Positions 1 through 11,537 of a stretch of DNA of 64,000 nt are shown one piece after another (the first letter of the stretch is position 1; every line of letters begins with the position of its first letter). The notes below the pieces were generated by a model, which was not told the DNA's origin, did no database searches, and saw only the letters and a program-made list of their open reading frames with translations. The position numbers and the translations under genes were made by a program. The stretch is from Leucoraja ocellata (Eukaryota): positions 2,542,001 through 2,606,000 of the forward strand of contig JAWMAR010000043.1 of NCBI GenBank assembly GCA_036785375.1, written 5' to 3'.

Positions 1-255
1 TGGCCTCAACTACCCTCTGTGGCAGAGAGTTCCAGAGATTCACCACTCTCTGTGTGAAAAAAGTTCTTCTCATCTCGGTTTTAAAGGATTTCCCCTTTAT
101 CCTTAAGCTGTGACCCATTGTCCTGGACTTCCCCAACATCGGGAACAATCTTCCTGCATCTAGCCTGTCCAACCCCTTAAGAAGTTTGTAAGTTTCTATA
201 AGATCCCCTCTCAATCTTCTAAATTCTAGAGAGTATAAACCAAGTCTATCCAGTC
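1..255 (-). mobile_element. CR1/HER1-type LINE, 3' ORF2 fragment (runs off window edge)
   Basis: Near-identical to part of the CR1 copy at 53304-54086; the reverse strand encodes LDRLGLYSLE...FTQRVVNLWNSLPQRVVEA. Confidence 0.9.
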
Positions 256-1371
256 CAGTGGATATAACATCAATATTAAAACTATGCCAACCGTCATTCA
301 TAAAGTATAACAGTGACCATCCCACAGAAACTATTAAATGACTAAAGTAGGATGGGGTTCCTAAAATTCTACTTGAATACAAGTCTTTCTTTTCTCTCCC
401 TCAACCATTTGAATAAAAAAAAGCAACCAGTAACTGTAGATTAGTTGGTCTAAGTTATTTAAATTTGGCAATGAGTGAGGAAAAAGATCATTGGAAATTT
501 ACAGAAAACTGTTGGAGCATGTAACGATTCGTCACAACAGTTACTGAAGTGGAAAAAATTTGCAGCATTGAAGAAAAATATTGAATAAAATGTTTAAAAA
601 GGAGGAAAGTACAAGGTGATGGAGAACAGGGCATTGAAATTAATTTTACATGCTCTTGAAATGGTACAGATGAAATGGATCCTATGATTTCTTCTATATA
701 TCATACTGTGACCTTGCGGGATTGATTAACACAATTGTGCCCTTGCTCATTCAAGTGGCTTGTATTTTTCACGTAAAGCACTATATAATTGTATGGAAAC
801 GGTCATGAATGCAACATGCCTGAAATTATGCATGAATGGTAAAACTCGTATCAAATAACTGTTGGCCCCTCCAATCTCATGGGAATTTTATCTTCCATTC
901 ATTTCCTCCCTATGAATTGCTGAGTGTGAGGACTATACGATCATTCTGTGGAAGTACCATTAACTTTCCAAAAAATTGACTAAAAATATATTTTTTTATA
1001 ATTTAAAATGTGTGAATTTAACAGAACTTCAATTCCATCTCCACAAGTGTGAGCACTTTGATAACTTTTCTTTCAAAGACTTTATATAAGAAAAACTTAC
1101 TGATGTTAATTTGTTTAATATTTAGAACAGACATTTAATTACTGTAATTTTTGACCATACAATATAATTTTGCAAGCCTAGATATCCATGTTTTCATATT
1201 GAAACAGTAAATATGCTTTGCATTGTTGAACTATGAAATGTGGATGTCAATCTTATTGAACATCATGCCCTTTAATCTTTATTGTTCCCATAGAATGGGG
1301 TATTTGCAATGCATGCTGTGATTGCACGTTGAGTTGCATGATCAGGGTATTAGAAGATGTGAGATGAGAAG

Positions 1372-1643
1372 AAAACAGAGATGAGAAGAACTTTTTTCAC
1401 GCAGAGAGTGGTGAATCTCTGGAACTCTCTGCCACAGAGGGTAGTTGAGGCCAGTTCATTGGCTATATTTAAGAGGAAGTTAGATGTGGCCCTTGTGGCT
1501 AAGGGGATCAGGGGTATGGAGAGAAGGCAGGTACGGGATACTGAGTTGGATGATCAGCCATGATCATATTGAATGGCGGTGCAGGCTCGAAGGGCCGAAT
1601 GGCCTACTCCTGCACCTAATTTCTATGTTTCTATGTTTCTATG
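1372..1643 (+). mobile_element. CR1/HER1 LINE 3' end, 5'-truncated
   Basis: FFTQRVVNLWNSLPQRVVEASSL CR1 C-terminal motif, then 3' UTR and (TTTCTATG)3 tail. Confidence 0.92.
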
Positions 1644-2923
1644 TGACGTGAATTACCATCTTCAGAATCAGCTGGTTGTCCCTCTATTTGATTTGTTCCA
1701 GCAATATCTCAACCTTGGCCTCCCCATTACTTTTAAGAGGATTTGGAGTTCATAAGTTTCATTGGTTAAAGAGGTTAATGGTCCCACTGAGCCCATTGCC
1801 CTCGTCACAAAATTATTGGTTAACACATTTCAACAGATTACGGGTCAAAGATATTTTAATGTGGGTCGCAAAGGAAAATTGCTTTGACGGAACAGGCCTC
1901 TGAAAGCTTGACTGCCCATCACTGTCTCCCGATTTAAGAACAGTTGATTCCTTTTTTGGGAAGAGCAAAATATTGTTCAATTGACTCCTTTTCCTAATCT
2001 GACAAATTAATTTCCACATTTTAATTAATCATGGTCCCACATGTAATATTTTTGATAATTTAGTAATGTTTTTGACAAGTTAGCAGTTAAGTACAGGACT
2101 AGTCTTCTAATTCAATAATTTAAAATTTCAAGTAGTCTGAATCATGCAATTCATTTAAACAATATGAATTTAAATTAGATGATATAAATTTAAATGAGGC
2201 TGTGTACAAAATACATTATCATTGAAATTTTTTTTTACAACATTTTCAGTAACACCTAAATGAGTCTGTTTCAATTATTCGTACTTAAGTGCTCAGTATT
2301 CATTTGTTTTGCTGTACATTGTGTACTGTTTTATAAATGCTTTCTGTAACGCTGACAACAGCCCATTTCCTTTACTGAGTGATATAATAATCTGCTACAT
2401 TTTTTTTTTTAATGGGTCCATTTAATTTAATCTATCATGCTGTTTTATACCGTCACTGGGCGACATCAGTCCACAAGTTGCCAAAGCTCATTTACTGTCG
2501 ACCACTTTTGGCGAATTTAATGAGCAGGTCCCATTGGAAAACTGAGAAACCCATTAAAGGTCCTGTCCCACTTGCGTGTCCTTGGCATGCAAATTACGCA
2601 ACCTCGTCGTCGCATTGAGGTGCACGGGCATCGTATGGCCGCGCGGGGCTGGTCCCACCGAGAAGCGTTGAGGGGTATGTAGTTGTGCGTGACATCGCGT
2701 GGGGCCGCAATTTTTGTAGTCAAAGAAATCTTTGTGCACCGACGGCCTGTCGCGTACCTGACGGCCAAAGTGGGATAGGCCCAAGACCCTGGTGCGATGC
2801 AACGTCTCACCTGCAACAGCAGCAGAAGCAGGCAAACGATCGCCAAACTCGGCCTGGGGCTCACGGCCGTAGCGGCCCGGATCTGCCCCCACTTCTACTC
2901 CCAGAGCGGGGCAAAGAAAATTA

Positions 2924-3103
2924 AAGATGGACACAAAATGCTGGAGTAACTCAGCGGGACCGGCAGCATCGCTGGAGAGAAGGAATGGGTGACGTTTCGG
3001 GTCAAGACCCTTCTTTCAGACTGAAGAGTCCAAACACCATCCATTCCTTCTCTCCAGAGATGCTGCCGGTCCCGCTAAGTTACTCCAGCTTTATGTCCAT
3101 CTT
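2924..3103. mobile_element. Palindromic Penelope-like element terminal repeat (pLTR) nested in the MITE
   Basis: Inverted arms AAGATGGACACAAAATGCTGGAGTAACTCAGCGGGACCGGCAGCATC... / ...GATGCTGCCGGTCCCGCTAAGTTACTCCAGCTTTATGTCCATCTT. The same repeat family adjoins GIY-YIG coding sequence at 40377-40742 and 60125-60568. Confidence 0.75.
2987..3024 (-). ncRNA. Degenerate minimal type I hammerhead ribozyme motif
   Basis: Minus strand reads TCAGT-CTGAAAGA-AGGGTC TT GACCC-GAAA-C-GTC-ACCC. One extra base sits in the CUGANGA box; stem II, GAAA and the GUC cleavage triplet are intact. Confidence 0.6.
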
Positions 3104-3319
3104 CAAATGACATCACGTGCTCCAGATGGCTGTGCGGGCGCATGAAATCATGCGGGACCGTCGCGCCTCAACGCGACCACGAGGTCACGTAATTAGCGTG
3201 CCAAGGACATGCAAGTGGGACAGGGGCTTTAGTCACTTAGTTGCACTCCTTCACCCTACCCCCATAAACAGTTAATAGTAGACCACTGGAGTGTAACACT
3301 AGAGGCGTATGATTCCCTG

Positions 3320-3915
3320 AAAGTGGTGAATCATGTTGACATTGTGAAGAAAGCATTTGGCTTGCTTTTGCCTTCATTGGGAAGGGTAATGAGTACAAAT
3401 ATTGGAACATCATGATGCAGCTGTACCAGTCGTTGGTGAGACCACACTTGGAGTATTGCCAAAGGGTGGATGTCATTGTTGGAAAGAGGGCCAAAGAGAT
3501 TCACCAGGATATTACCCAGATTTGTGGGCTTGAATAACAGGGAGAAGTTGGATAGACTAGGACTTTTTTTGTTTGGAATGAAGAAGGCTAAGGGGTGACC
3601 TTACTGAATTATGCAAGATCATGAAGGGCATGATAAACTTGTGTTTCTTTTCCCAGATCAGGGATTTTAAAACTAGAGAGAGGGGAGGGGAGAGATTTAA
3701 GAGGGACCTCAGGACAACTTTTCCGCTCGGAGTTTAGTCGGTATCTGGCATGAACTGCCTGAGTAAGCTATGGAATGGACAATTATGAAAAGACATTTGG
3801 ACACATACATGGATAGGAAGGATTTGGAAAGATTTGGCAAATGAGACAAGCCTAGAATGCCAACCACGTCCTCAAGGAAAAGATGGGCTGAAGAGCCTGT
3901 TTCCATGTTACTGAG
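3320..3915 (+). mobile_element. Old decayed CR1 LINE 3' portion
   Basis: Degenerate QLYQSLVRPHLEYC motif (CAGCTGTACCAGTCGTTGGTGAGACCACACTTGGAGTATTG) and a CR1-like 3' end. Confidence 0.75.
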
Positions 3916-4094
3916 CTCTGACGCTATGATCCCCACCCAAATCTCCTGTGCTCCACCACCCATGCCATGGTACCAACCGTGAAAACCCTCAACTGACCTC
4001 TCGTGATCTTATTTCTGGTAGATCATTAAAAAACCTGCTATTCACCAACCTTCCTCAATATCACCCACCTATGTGCATGCACACGTCAAGGGAA

Positions 4095-4325
4095 GAGGTA
4101 CAAGGAAGTGGGGTGGTCGGTGGAATAGAGGGGGTAGCCATGAAGGAAGCAGTCCTTATAAAATTTGAAAGAGCAGAGGAGAATTGCAGGTGTCTCTGGT
4201 GATGGGATCTCCCTGAAGATGCTGGAATTTGTTATAATCAGCCAGTTGAATGCAAAGGCTGGTGGCAAGGAAGGCAAGGACCTAGGGAACCTTCATTGTT
4301 CTGTCCCAGAGAAGAGGCAGTGAGG
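4095..4325 (-). mobile_element. Probable decayed Penelope internal fragment
   Basis: Resembles, from memory, antisense Penelope sequence upstream of the GIY-YIG domain; heavily diverged. Confidence 0.35.
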
Positions 4326-4780
4326 ATTTCCAGCATCCAGTTTTTTTTTTTTTTTTTTACTGATCTGCATTGCTTCTGTGCTAGCACAGCACATCTAGAC
4401 GAGGTATTGTTTTTTTTTTTAATAGTCATGTGTACTGAGACATAGCAAAAAACCTTGTTCCCCAACAAAGGTATAATTTTCTTCTTGGGGCCTTGCACAA
4501 TTGAATTGGGAAATGGTCGCCCTATAGTTGGTTTAAACATTGCATTAGACGCACATGGATTAATTAGGGCTGGAAGTGCAAACCAACTTTGATGTGGCTG
4601 CAATTATGTTCAGTTCTGGAAGCATAAGAATTTTCAGTTGCATGGCTGCACATTGAATTTCTCAACCCAAATGTCCACCAGAACTCACTAATGCAATTTT
4701 ATGAAGCTCCAAGTTTACTTATTGTATATGTTTACAAACATAGAATTCTAATACAACAACTGCAACCAATTGGAACTCTC

Positions 4781-5070
4781 TTAGTATAAAGGGGAGGTCA
4801 TTTAAGACTGAGGTGAGAAAAAAACTTTTTCACCCAGAGAGTTGTGAATTTATGGAATTCCCTGCCACAGAGGGCAGTGGAGGCCAAGTCACTGGATGGA
4901 TTTAAGAGAGAGTTCGATAGAGCTCTAGGGGCTAGTGGAGTCAAGGGATATGGGGAGAAGGCAGGCACGGGTTATTGATAGGGGACGATCAGCCATGATC
5001 ACAATGAATGGTGGTGCTGGCTCGAAGGGCCGAATGGCGATCTCCTGCACCAATTTTCTATGTTTCTATG
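4781..5070 (+). mobile_element. CR1/HER1 LINE 3' end (second subfamily)
   Basis: TTCACCCAGAGAGTTGTGAATTTATGGAATTCCCTGCCACAG motif and TTTCTATG tail. Confidence 0.9.
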
Positions 5071-5274
5071 GTCAGAATTCAATCCGTATTTTTCAAAATT
5101 CAAGAGGTGTCAGGAAGCTATCTCAAAATAGCTCTGGGCAGTACCTTGGAAGGTCTTGTTGACCTTGGTGCTGTTCTCTGCAATTAAGAGCAGAATGGAA
5201 GCACCAAGTGCAGGAGAAAGCACCAAGCAAGCTTTAATTTTTAATTGACAAAATTCGCAAGTGACACAAACCGA

Positions 5275-5665
5275 GGTGTCTGAGGTTATGGGGAGAAGGC
5301 AGGAGAATGGGGGTTAAGGAACCAGATCAACCATGATTGAATGGTGAAGTAGACTTGATGGGCCGAATGGCCTAATTCTGCTCCTATCACAACAGAGGGT
5401 GGTGAATCTTTTTCACACAAAGAGTGGTGAATCTCTGGAACTCTCTGCCACAGAGGGTAGTTGAGGCCAGTTCATTGGCTATATTTAAGAGGGAGTTAGA
5501 TGTGGCCCTTGTGGCCAAGGGGATCAGAGGGTATGGAGAGAAAGCAGGTACAGGATACTGAGTTGGATGATCAGCCATGATCATATTGAATGGCGGTGCA
5601 GGCTCGAAGGGCCGAATGGCCTACTCCTGCACCTAATTTCTATGTTTCTATCACATGATCTTATG
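5275..5665 (+). mobile_element. Young CR1 3' end (5392-5650) inserted into the tail of an older CR1 3' end
   Basis: CTATCACA is duplicated at 5384-5391 and 5648-5655; the host tail resumes after the insert (TGATCTTATGA). Confidence 0.85.
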
Positions 5666-7292
5666 AAACTGCTCGCTCTTTACCTATGCTGTAGTTTGAA
5701 AGCATTTTGTATTCCAACGGGCAGAGGCAATAAAGTATAAAGAAATCTGTGAATTAATTTTGTGTTGGTTCCCTCCTGTTGCAACGTGTTTATATCTTAA
5801 TTTGTGCAAACATATTCCACTAGGTGTAATCACTGTAGACTAATAGAATTTGTGTGAGTGACGTGTGACTAAAGCAGGGAGATTATTGGCTTCATGGATG
5901 TTTACAGATGTTTCTGTATGCAAATGCTGGACTAAGAATTGAGACTGGCCATCAGGAGCATCAATGGTGGGTGCACTGGCAGTATGATTGAGGTTGGCTG
6001 TTAGTTCCAACTGCAACCATGCTCCTGGAATATGATATTTAGTAGAAGTACAAGAGCTTTGCCTTCCGATTTAGAGATGGTGGTAATGATGCAACAAGGC
6101 AATTTTCTCCCTTAGTCTTATGGCTGAAACACTGCATATATATGTAGTAAAGATTTGAATAAAATGGGATCAAACCCAAAGAACCAAAGGTATGTCAGGG
6201 AAATCCTAAAATTATATTGATATATGAAAGTTTAAATTAATTGTGTTCAGGGATCCACGATCAGGCTGGAAATTAAATATTTCAATATATATGTTCCCAA
6301 TTAAATATTCATTGCATTTAAGAGTGATGAATAATTAGAACATACCCTATATAAAATTAGTGCGTGTTTTATTAATATAATGCATCTGTTCTGTTTCTAA
6401 CCCTATGATAGTGTTATTACATGTTTATGTATTTGTGGGCACTGCATTCCATTTGAGTGAATCTGAAGGCACTTGCATCCACAAAGTTGTAACTGTGCAA
6501 AAAATCGCAGCAGTTCAGAATCGTTTTAAAATAATAATGCCAAAATCTGAATTCTGTAAAATATCTAGCAAATCCCATGGAATAGCCCAAACCTTTGCTT
6601 TCCAATCTGTAAATTTGTGAATGTTTGAACAAAGGCATGCTATCTAATTATGATGGGGCATCTCCAAGAATACAAACAACCTTATTAATGTTCGTGAAGC
6701 ATTAATTGATATAAAGTGAATCAAGAATGTTCTTTGATTGTAAACCTGGTAATTAATTTAAATAACAATTTGACATTGACTGTAGGGATTTTAGCAAGGC
6801 CTTTGATGAGGTTATGCATGGAAGGCTGTTCTGGAAGTTAGATTGTACCGCATCCAGGGAGCACGATGGAGACAGGTACATGGCTAGGAACATTTTACAT
6901 GGTTGTCGGCAAATGAGACTAGCTTAGTTGACGAGTTGGGCATGGGGCCTGCTTCTGTGCTGTATTTGCTAAATCAATGATGTGAAGGCACTAAAATTCA
7001 TATGACTGTGGATGTCAGTTTTATCGATTCAGTAATTCTGACAGACAAACCTTGAGTCCCAGTTATTAATAAGACTTAATTCCAAGACTTAATTCCACTG
7101 GTTATCTGCTTCACCCCATCACATATTTTATCCTGTGTTTATTAAAAAAACCCGCTTTATTTTGACTGCTTGCAGACTTTGATCATGAACAGAAGCCAAT
7201 ATAGTGGTCCTGGGTTGATTGTGTGCATCCAGATCGCAAGAGTCCAGAGTGTTTTACTGTCATATGTCCCAGATAGAACAATGAAATTCTTA

Positions 7293-7518
7293 TGCCCCTG
7301 TCCCACTTAGGAAATCTGAACGGAAACCTCTGGAGACTTTGCGCCCCACCCAAGGTTTCCGTGCGGTACCCAGAGGTTTTTGTCAGTCTCCCTACCTGCT
7401 TCCACTATCTGCAACCTCCGGCAACTACCTGCAACCTCCGGGAACCGCACGGAAACCTTGGGTGGGGCGCAAAGTCTCCAGAGGTTTCCGTTCAGGTTTC
7501 CTAAGTGGGACAGGAGCT
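7293..7518. mobile_element. PIF/Harbinger-type MITE with TTA TSD
   Basis: TIRs TGCCCCTGTCCCACTTAGGAAA(T/C)CTGAACGGAAACCTCTGGAGACTTTGCGCCCCACCCAAGGTTTCCGTGCGG. TTA lies at 7290-7292 and 7519-7521. The empty-site host sequence (TTCTTACTTGC) occurs in a paralogous repeat at ~12832-12850 (reverse strand). Confidence 0.9.
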
Positions 7519-7555
7519 TTACTTGCACCAGCTCAACAGAATATGTAAGAGCGAG

Positions 7556-8894
7556 AGAGCAAGCGATCCATCGTGCGGTACTCCTGCCGTGCCAGACGTA
7601 CCTTATCCGTTGGCGTGCTCGTGCGTGGAGAAGTGGGCCGGTAGTCTGTATGAAATGAACCACCCCGTGCTTGGGAGTCGACGGCCGAAACTGTGGGGTC
7701 AGGATGTCCGGGAACGCGGCCAAGACCCGAGCAAAGCAGGTATCCACGGACAACAGGGGGCGTACAACCCGCTCATCCAGACGCACTGTGATCGGCTCCA
7801 TAGTGGCAGCGTGGACCAAGCGCTGATGCCTGACATTCACCAGGAGGGAGTGAGCCCAGAGGTCGTCAGCACTGAGCAATGGCTGGGAGACATCAGCGAT
7901 GGTAAACCTCCATGAGAAATGACAGGAGCTGAACATCTGGACCGTGCAATCCCCATACGTGCAGATGGTGCTGCCATTCCCCGCAGTGAGGATGGGCCCC
8001 TGTTTACCGGAACGAATGTCCACCAGCGAAGGGGGCAGGAGAAAGCAACTCCCGGAGCGCCAATCACAGGCGAAGAGGTGGTGAATCTGGGCAGCCGCCG
8101 CATGGACTGTTGACAGCCGGCCCCGGCTTTTCCCGGGAACGTGCATGACTGACGGCATTGTCGTGCTACAGCACCCCAGCGCTGGTGGTTATTCCACCAG
8201 CACCTCCTGCTGGTGACGCTTGGTGCCTGCTGGTGCTGGACTGCAGGTGTGGTACAGGTGGTGATCGCACAGGCCTCCGGGGCACAGCTGTCACTCCTCG
8301 CACAGCTCCCCCGCCCAACCGGAGGAAATCGGGTGCTGCCAGAGTGAAGGCCAGCGCGCTGACGACATCCGGGCGTGCCATCCACAGCACGTCGGCGCAC
8401 CAACTGAGGGCCCTGGTGTCTGTGAAGGATGCGTCGGTAAGTTGTAGGCAGGTGTAGGCCGGCAGCAGATGCAGGTAACTGTACTCGAACATTAGGCACG
8501 GCGTGTGCCCATCCAGGAGCGCGCCCATCTCGTTTAGGAGGCTTGACGGCCGCCGGTCGCCTAGGCCCTCCATATGACGGGGCCTGGCAGCACGCTCCAT
8601 CCTGCTGAGCCCATAAACCTGGAGCAGTAGCTCCTTAAGGCCAAGGTATTTCTCGGTGGCCAGGAGGTCTGCGAGGAACTGCCTGACCTCTCTGGCCGCC
8701 TCCTGGTCGAGGACCCCTATCAGGTGTCATCTGCTATAATTCCCCGCAGCAGGAATTGTGCCTCCGCCTGCTGAAACCTGAAGCAAGGCCAGGCGGTCCA
8801 GAAGGTAGGTAATTTAACAGAGACCGCGTCGAGAGACAGGGGCCCGGTCGGCCTGTGAGGCGGACGGACGGGCGGCTCAGTCTTTTGCCTCCAT
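7556..8894 (-). pseudogene. Gypsy (CsRN1/Mag-type) gag-protease-RT-start remnant, frameshifted and 3'-truncated
   Basis: Gag N-terminus VSVKLPTFW...QQAEAQFLLRGI; LGDRRPSSLLNEM; CHCC-type knuckle remnant HQRWGAVARQCRQSC; protease region LTAGNGSTICTYG...FSWRFTIADVSQPLLSAD; RT lead-in PKHGVVHFIQTTGP. Confidence 0.9.
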
Positions 8895-8907
8895 GACGAC
8901 AATGGAG

Positions 8908-8921
8908 CGTCGGGGTCAGCA
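8908..8921 (-). promoter_or_regulatory. Primer binding site, tRNA-Trp
   Basis: TGCTGACCCCGACG directly follows the LTR and is one mismatch from TGGTGACCCCGACG, the complement of the tRNA-Trp 3' end. Confidence 0.8.
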
Positions 8922-8922
8922 A

Positions 8923-9132
8923 TGTAGTGCGACGATAATCCCGAGAGGAGCCAGGTGTTTCGGGAGGTATTTTAATCTCTGTCCTTCTCCTCACCGGACA
9001 AGTCTGCAAGAGTGAGGTTGCACCTAAATCCCTGCCCTTTATCCCTGTCACTAAGGGCCACCCCCGGACTCATCCATTCCCGTGCCGAGAGGTTCGATAG
9101 TGGAAATAGCCCAAACCTTGGGAGCCGCCACA
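8923..9132 (-). mobile_element. 5' LTR of the Gypsy element (210 bp)
   Basis: TGTGGCGG...GCACTACA termini on the minus strand, an internal ATTAAA, the PBS next to it, and an ATAT outer flank. Confidence 0.82.
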
Positions 9133-9260
9133 ATATATGTATATATGTCTGTATATGTATATGTATATATGTATATGTCTGTATATGTATACACACACAT
9201 ATACGCACATACTCACACATAAATACACACATACTCACAAATGCACATATATGCACACAT
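9133..9260. repeat. Alternating purine-pyrimidine microsatellite (TA/TG then CA)
   Basis: ATATATGTATATATGTCTGTATATGT...ACACACATATACGCACATAC. Confidence 0.9.
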
Positions 9261-10633
9261 AAAAAAACAAGCAATAATAGTCTGTGGTTCAATTTGAGGT
9301 TGTAGTGGTCTGATTGGTAATGTCCTGTAAGCTGCTTGTCTGAGGGATATGTTGAATACGTCATCCATTGAGAGGACTCCCTGGATGGGATTTAAATGGT
9401 GGTAGATGCTGACACTACTAGGTGGGTCCTGGATTATCTAAGGTCTGTGTATCAAAAACCTCTAATCAAGTGCTCTAAATAATTTTGGTCTGGTCACTCC
9501 TTTGATTTAAAATAATTACCTACCTTTTCTATTCATGGCTTTATATCGCTGTCACTCGCACAGTGGATGCAAACATTGTATACCTACGCCTGCTCTCCCT
9601 CAACCTTCACTGACTTCAATGGATCAATATAAATCTACTATTCCATGCGTGAAAGTATTTTGTGCTTTGCCCTCCCGAGAAGATCCTGACCTTTGCTGGT
9701 CAAATACATCTTCATCCCCAGAGAACTTGACATTTTCCAGCAATAGGATTTATTTTTATTTATATTTATTTTTTATGTTTTTGTCAATGGCTTCACTCAA
9801 CTCTGAGTATCAAACAAGGAGCTGACATAACTGGAGAGAGAAGAAAAATTGAGAAAACACCCGAGACTGACCTCAACAGGCCACGGCTGAGCTAAGAGAT
9901 AATAAACAAAAGCAAAAGGTGAAACGGCCAAAATGATAGCATCAATTTTTTTTTTAACTTTCCTTAAAATGCAATAATGTTCTGCAAAACACTTAGGAAT
10001 ATCACAAAATAAAGTTCTATCGTATCGTAAACTGGTACCGTGAAAAATGGCAGTGTTTCTGTGAGAAAGCAGAATGAGTGCAATAATTAAAGTCCATTTT
10101 CTTGTGTGCACACCCACAGATAGGGCCTGTGCCCGCAGCAACAGAAATCACAGCTGACATCAAATGTGGAAGCAATGTCAATGTTTTATTATGTTTGAAC
10201 AACTTTTTGTCTCTGTCTCGAGCAGTGGGATGAGAAATATCTTCAATTTATTTTTATATTTTTCTTGCACTGGGTAGCAATGCTGCGTTCATTCAATCTA
10301 TCAGCCTATTCTCACTGCAAATCTATAAAGGAAAATTCAGCATCTTTCCAGGCATTCAGCAACTCACAGTAACTTTGAAACCTTGATGGTGCATTTGTTC
10401 TTTTTGTAAACAAGGTCTTCAGAAATACCTATTAAATCATAAAATTCCATCCTGTTTATTATCAAAGACCCTTCCTTTATTGACGAGTTGTTTTCTATGG
10501 TGCTTCTGTAGAGTGTAAGAGTTGTTGGTGATTTGCCGTTCTTCCTTTGTCTTCTGAGGTAGTGGTGGCATTAGTATGCTTTCTTTGTTATAGTTTCAAT
10601 GTGTTTGGTCCAGGACAAAAAATATTGCCACAT

Positions 10634-10742
10634 GGCCCTGTCCCACGGTACGAGTTCATTCCAAGAGCTCTCCCGAGTTTAAAAAAAATCAAACTCGTGG
10701 TAAGCACGGAGAATGAACGTAGTGGGAAAGTCAGAGCTCGAG
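10634..10742. mobile_element. Truncated left end of a Harbinger-type MITE
   Basis: Starts GGCCCTGTCCCAC, the TIR core shared with the other MITEs; no right TIR found. Confidence 0.55.
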
Positions 10743-11166
10743 GACTGTCTTTGATATCCTTGGTCTATCCTTGACCGGACTTTGCTGGCTTTACCTTGCA
10801 CTAAACGTTATTCCCTTATCACACAACAAAAGGCTTTTCACTGTACCTCGATACACGTGACATTAAACTAAACTGAACTGAATCTGCAAACTAGTGAATG
10901 GTGCAGAATTTGGCACCACAGTCATAAGTGGAGGGAGTCTATGAAGTGGGCTGAATAGATATCCTTGTGGGGCTCATACTGAGAATTGTCATGGAAGAGG
11001 TTTTGTCGTCTCTCCTCAGTGATTCTGGTCTGTGGATCAGAAAGTCAAGGGTCAGTGTCAGTGGGGAAACTGACTCCTAGTGGGAGAAAGCTTCATCTGG
11101 GAGAAAGTAGATCCCTGTGCTGGGCATAAGATGGAGCCAGAATGAAGCTGAAATGCCAAGACATCT

Positions 11167-11342
11167 AGAACTGCAGATTTAGAATCTAGCACGGAACACA
11201 CAGTGCTGAAAGTAATCAAGCAGGGCAGGCAACATCTCTAGAGGAAATGGTTAGCCGATGTTTCGGGTCGTAACTTCTGACTGTTTGCTGTAATGGGGAG
11301 AAAGCTGGAAAGGGGTGGGGGCAGGACAAAGCCTGGCAAGTG
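11167..11342 (-). mobile_element. Penelope pLTR fragment
   Basis: GAACTGCAGAT...CAGGCAACATCTCTAGAG...GATGTTTCGGGTCG, a decayed hammerhead-bearing end. Confidence 0.6.
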
Positions 11343-11537
11343 CCTCGAGGAGCAAAAGACTGCCATCCTTGATGGGGAAACTGAATTTTTTTTAAATGAG
11401 CAGAGATTAATCTGTATTAAAAGATGAGAGAAAAAATACCACACAATCTAAAAGCAGCTTTAACTTCTAATCTGAATTTGTATAGCACAGGAACAGGTCC
11501 TTCAGTCCAAAATGTCTAAACATAATGCCAAGTTAAA

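Larger units (their letters stand above)
2558..3228. mobile_element. PIF/Harbinger-type MITE
   Basis: Imperfect TIRs of about 65 bp (AGGTCCTGTCCCACTTGCGTGTCCTTGGCA... / ...TGCCAAGGACATGCAAGTGGGACAGGGGCT). Flanks are TAA and TTA. No transposase ORF. Confidence 0.8.

Noticed and set aside
7307-8158. 283-aa ORF as a novel gene
   Set aside because: It is a chance read-through from the Gypsy protease/RT remnant into a LINE tail and a palindromic MITE.
9520-9745. Minus-strand exon ending at an AAG|GTAGGT donor
   Set aside because: Frames contain stops and the sequence resembles a decayed CR1 3' end.
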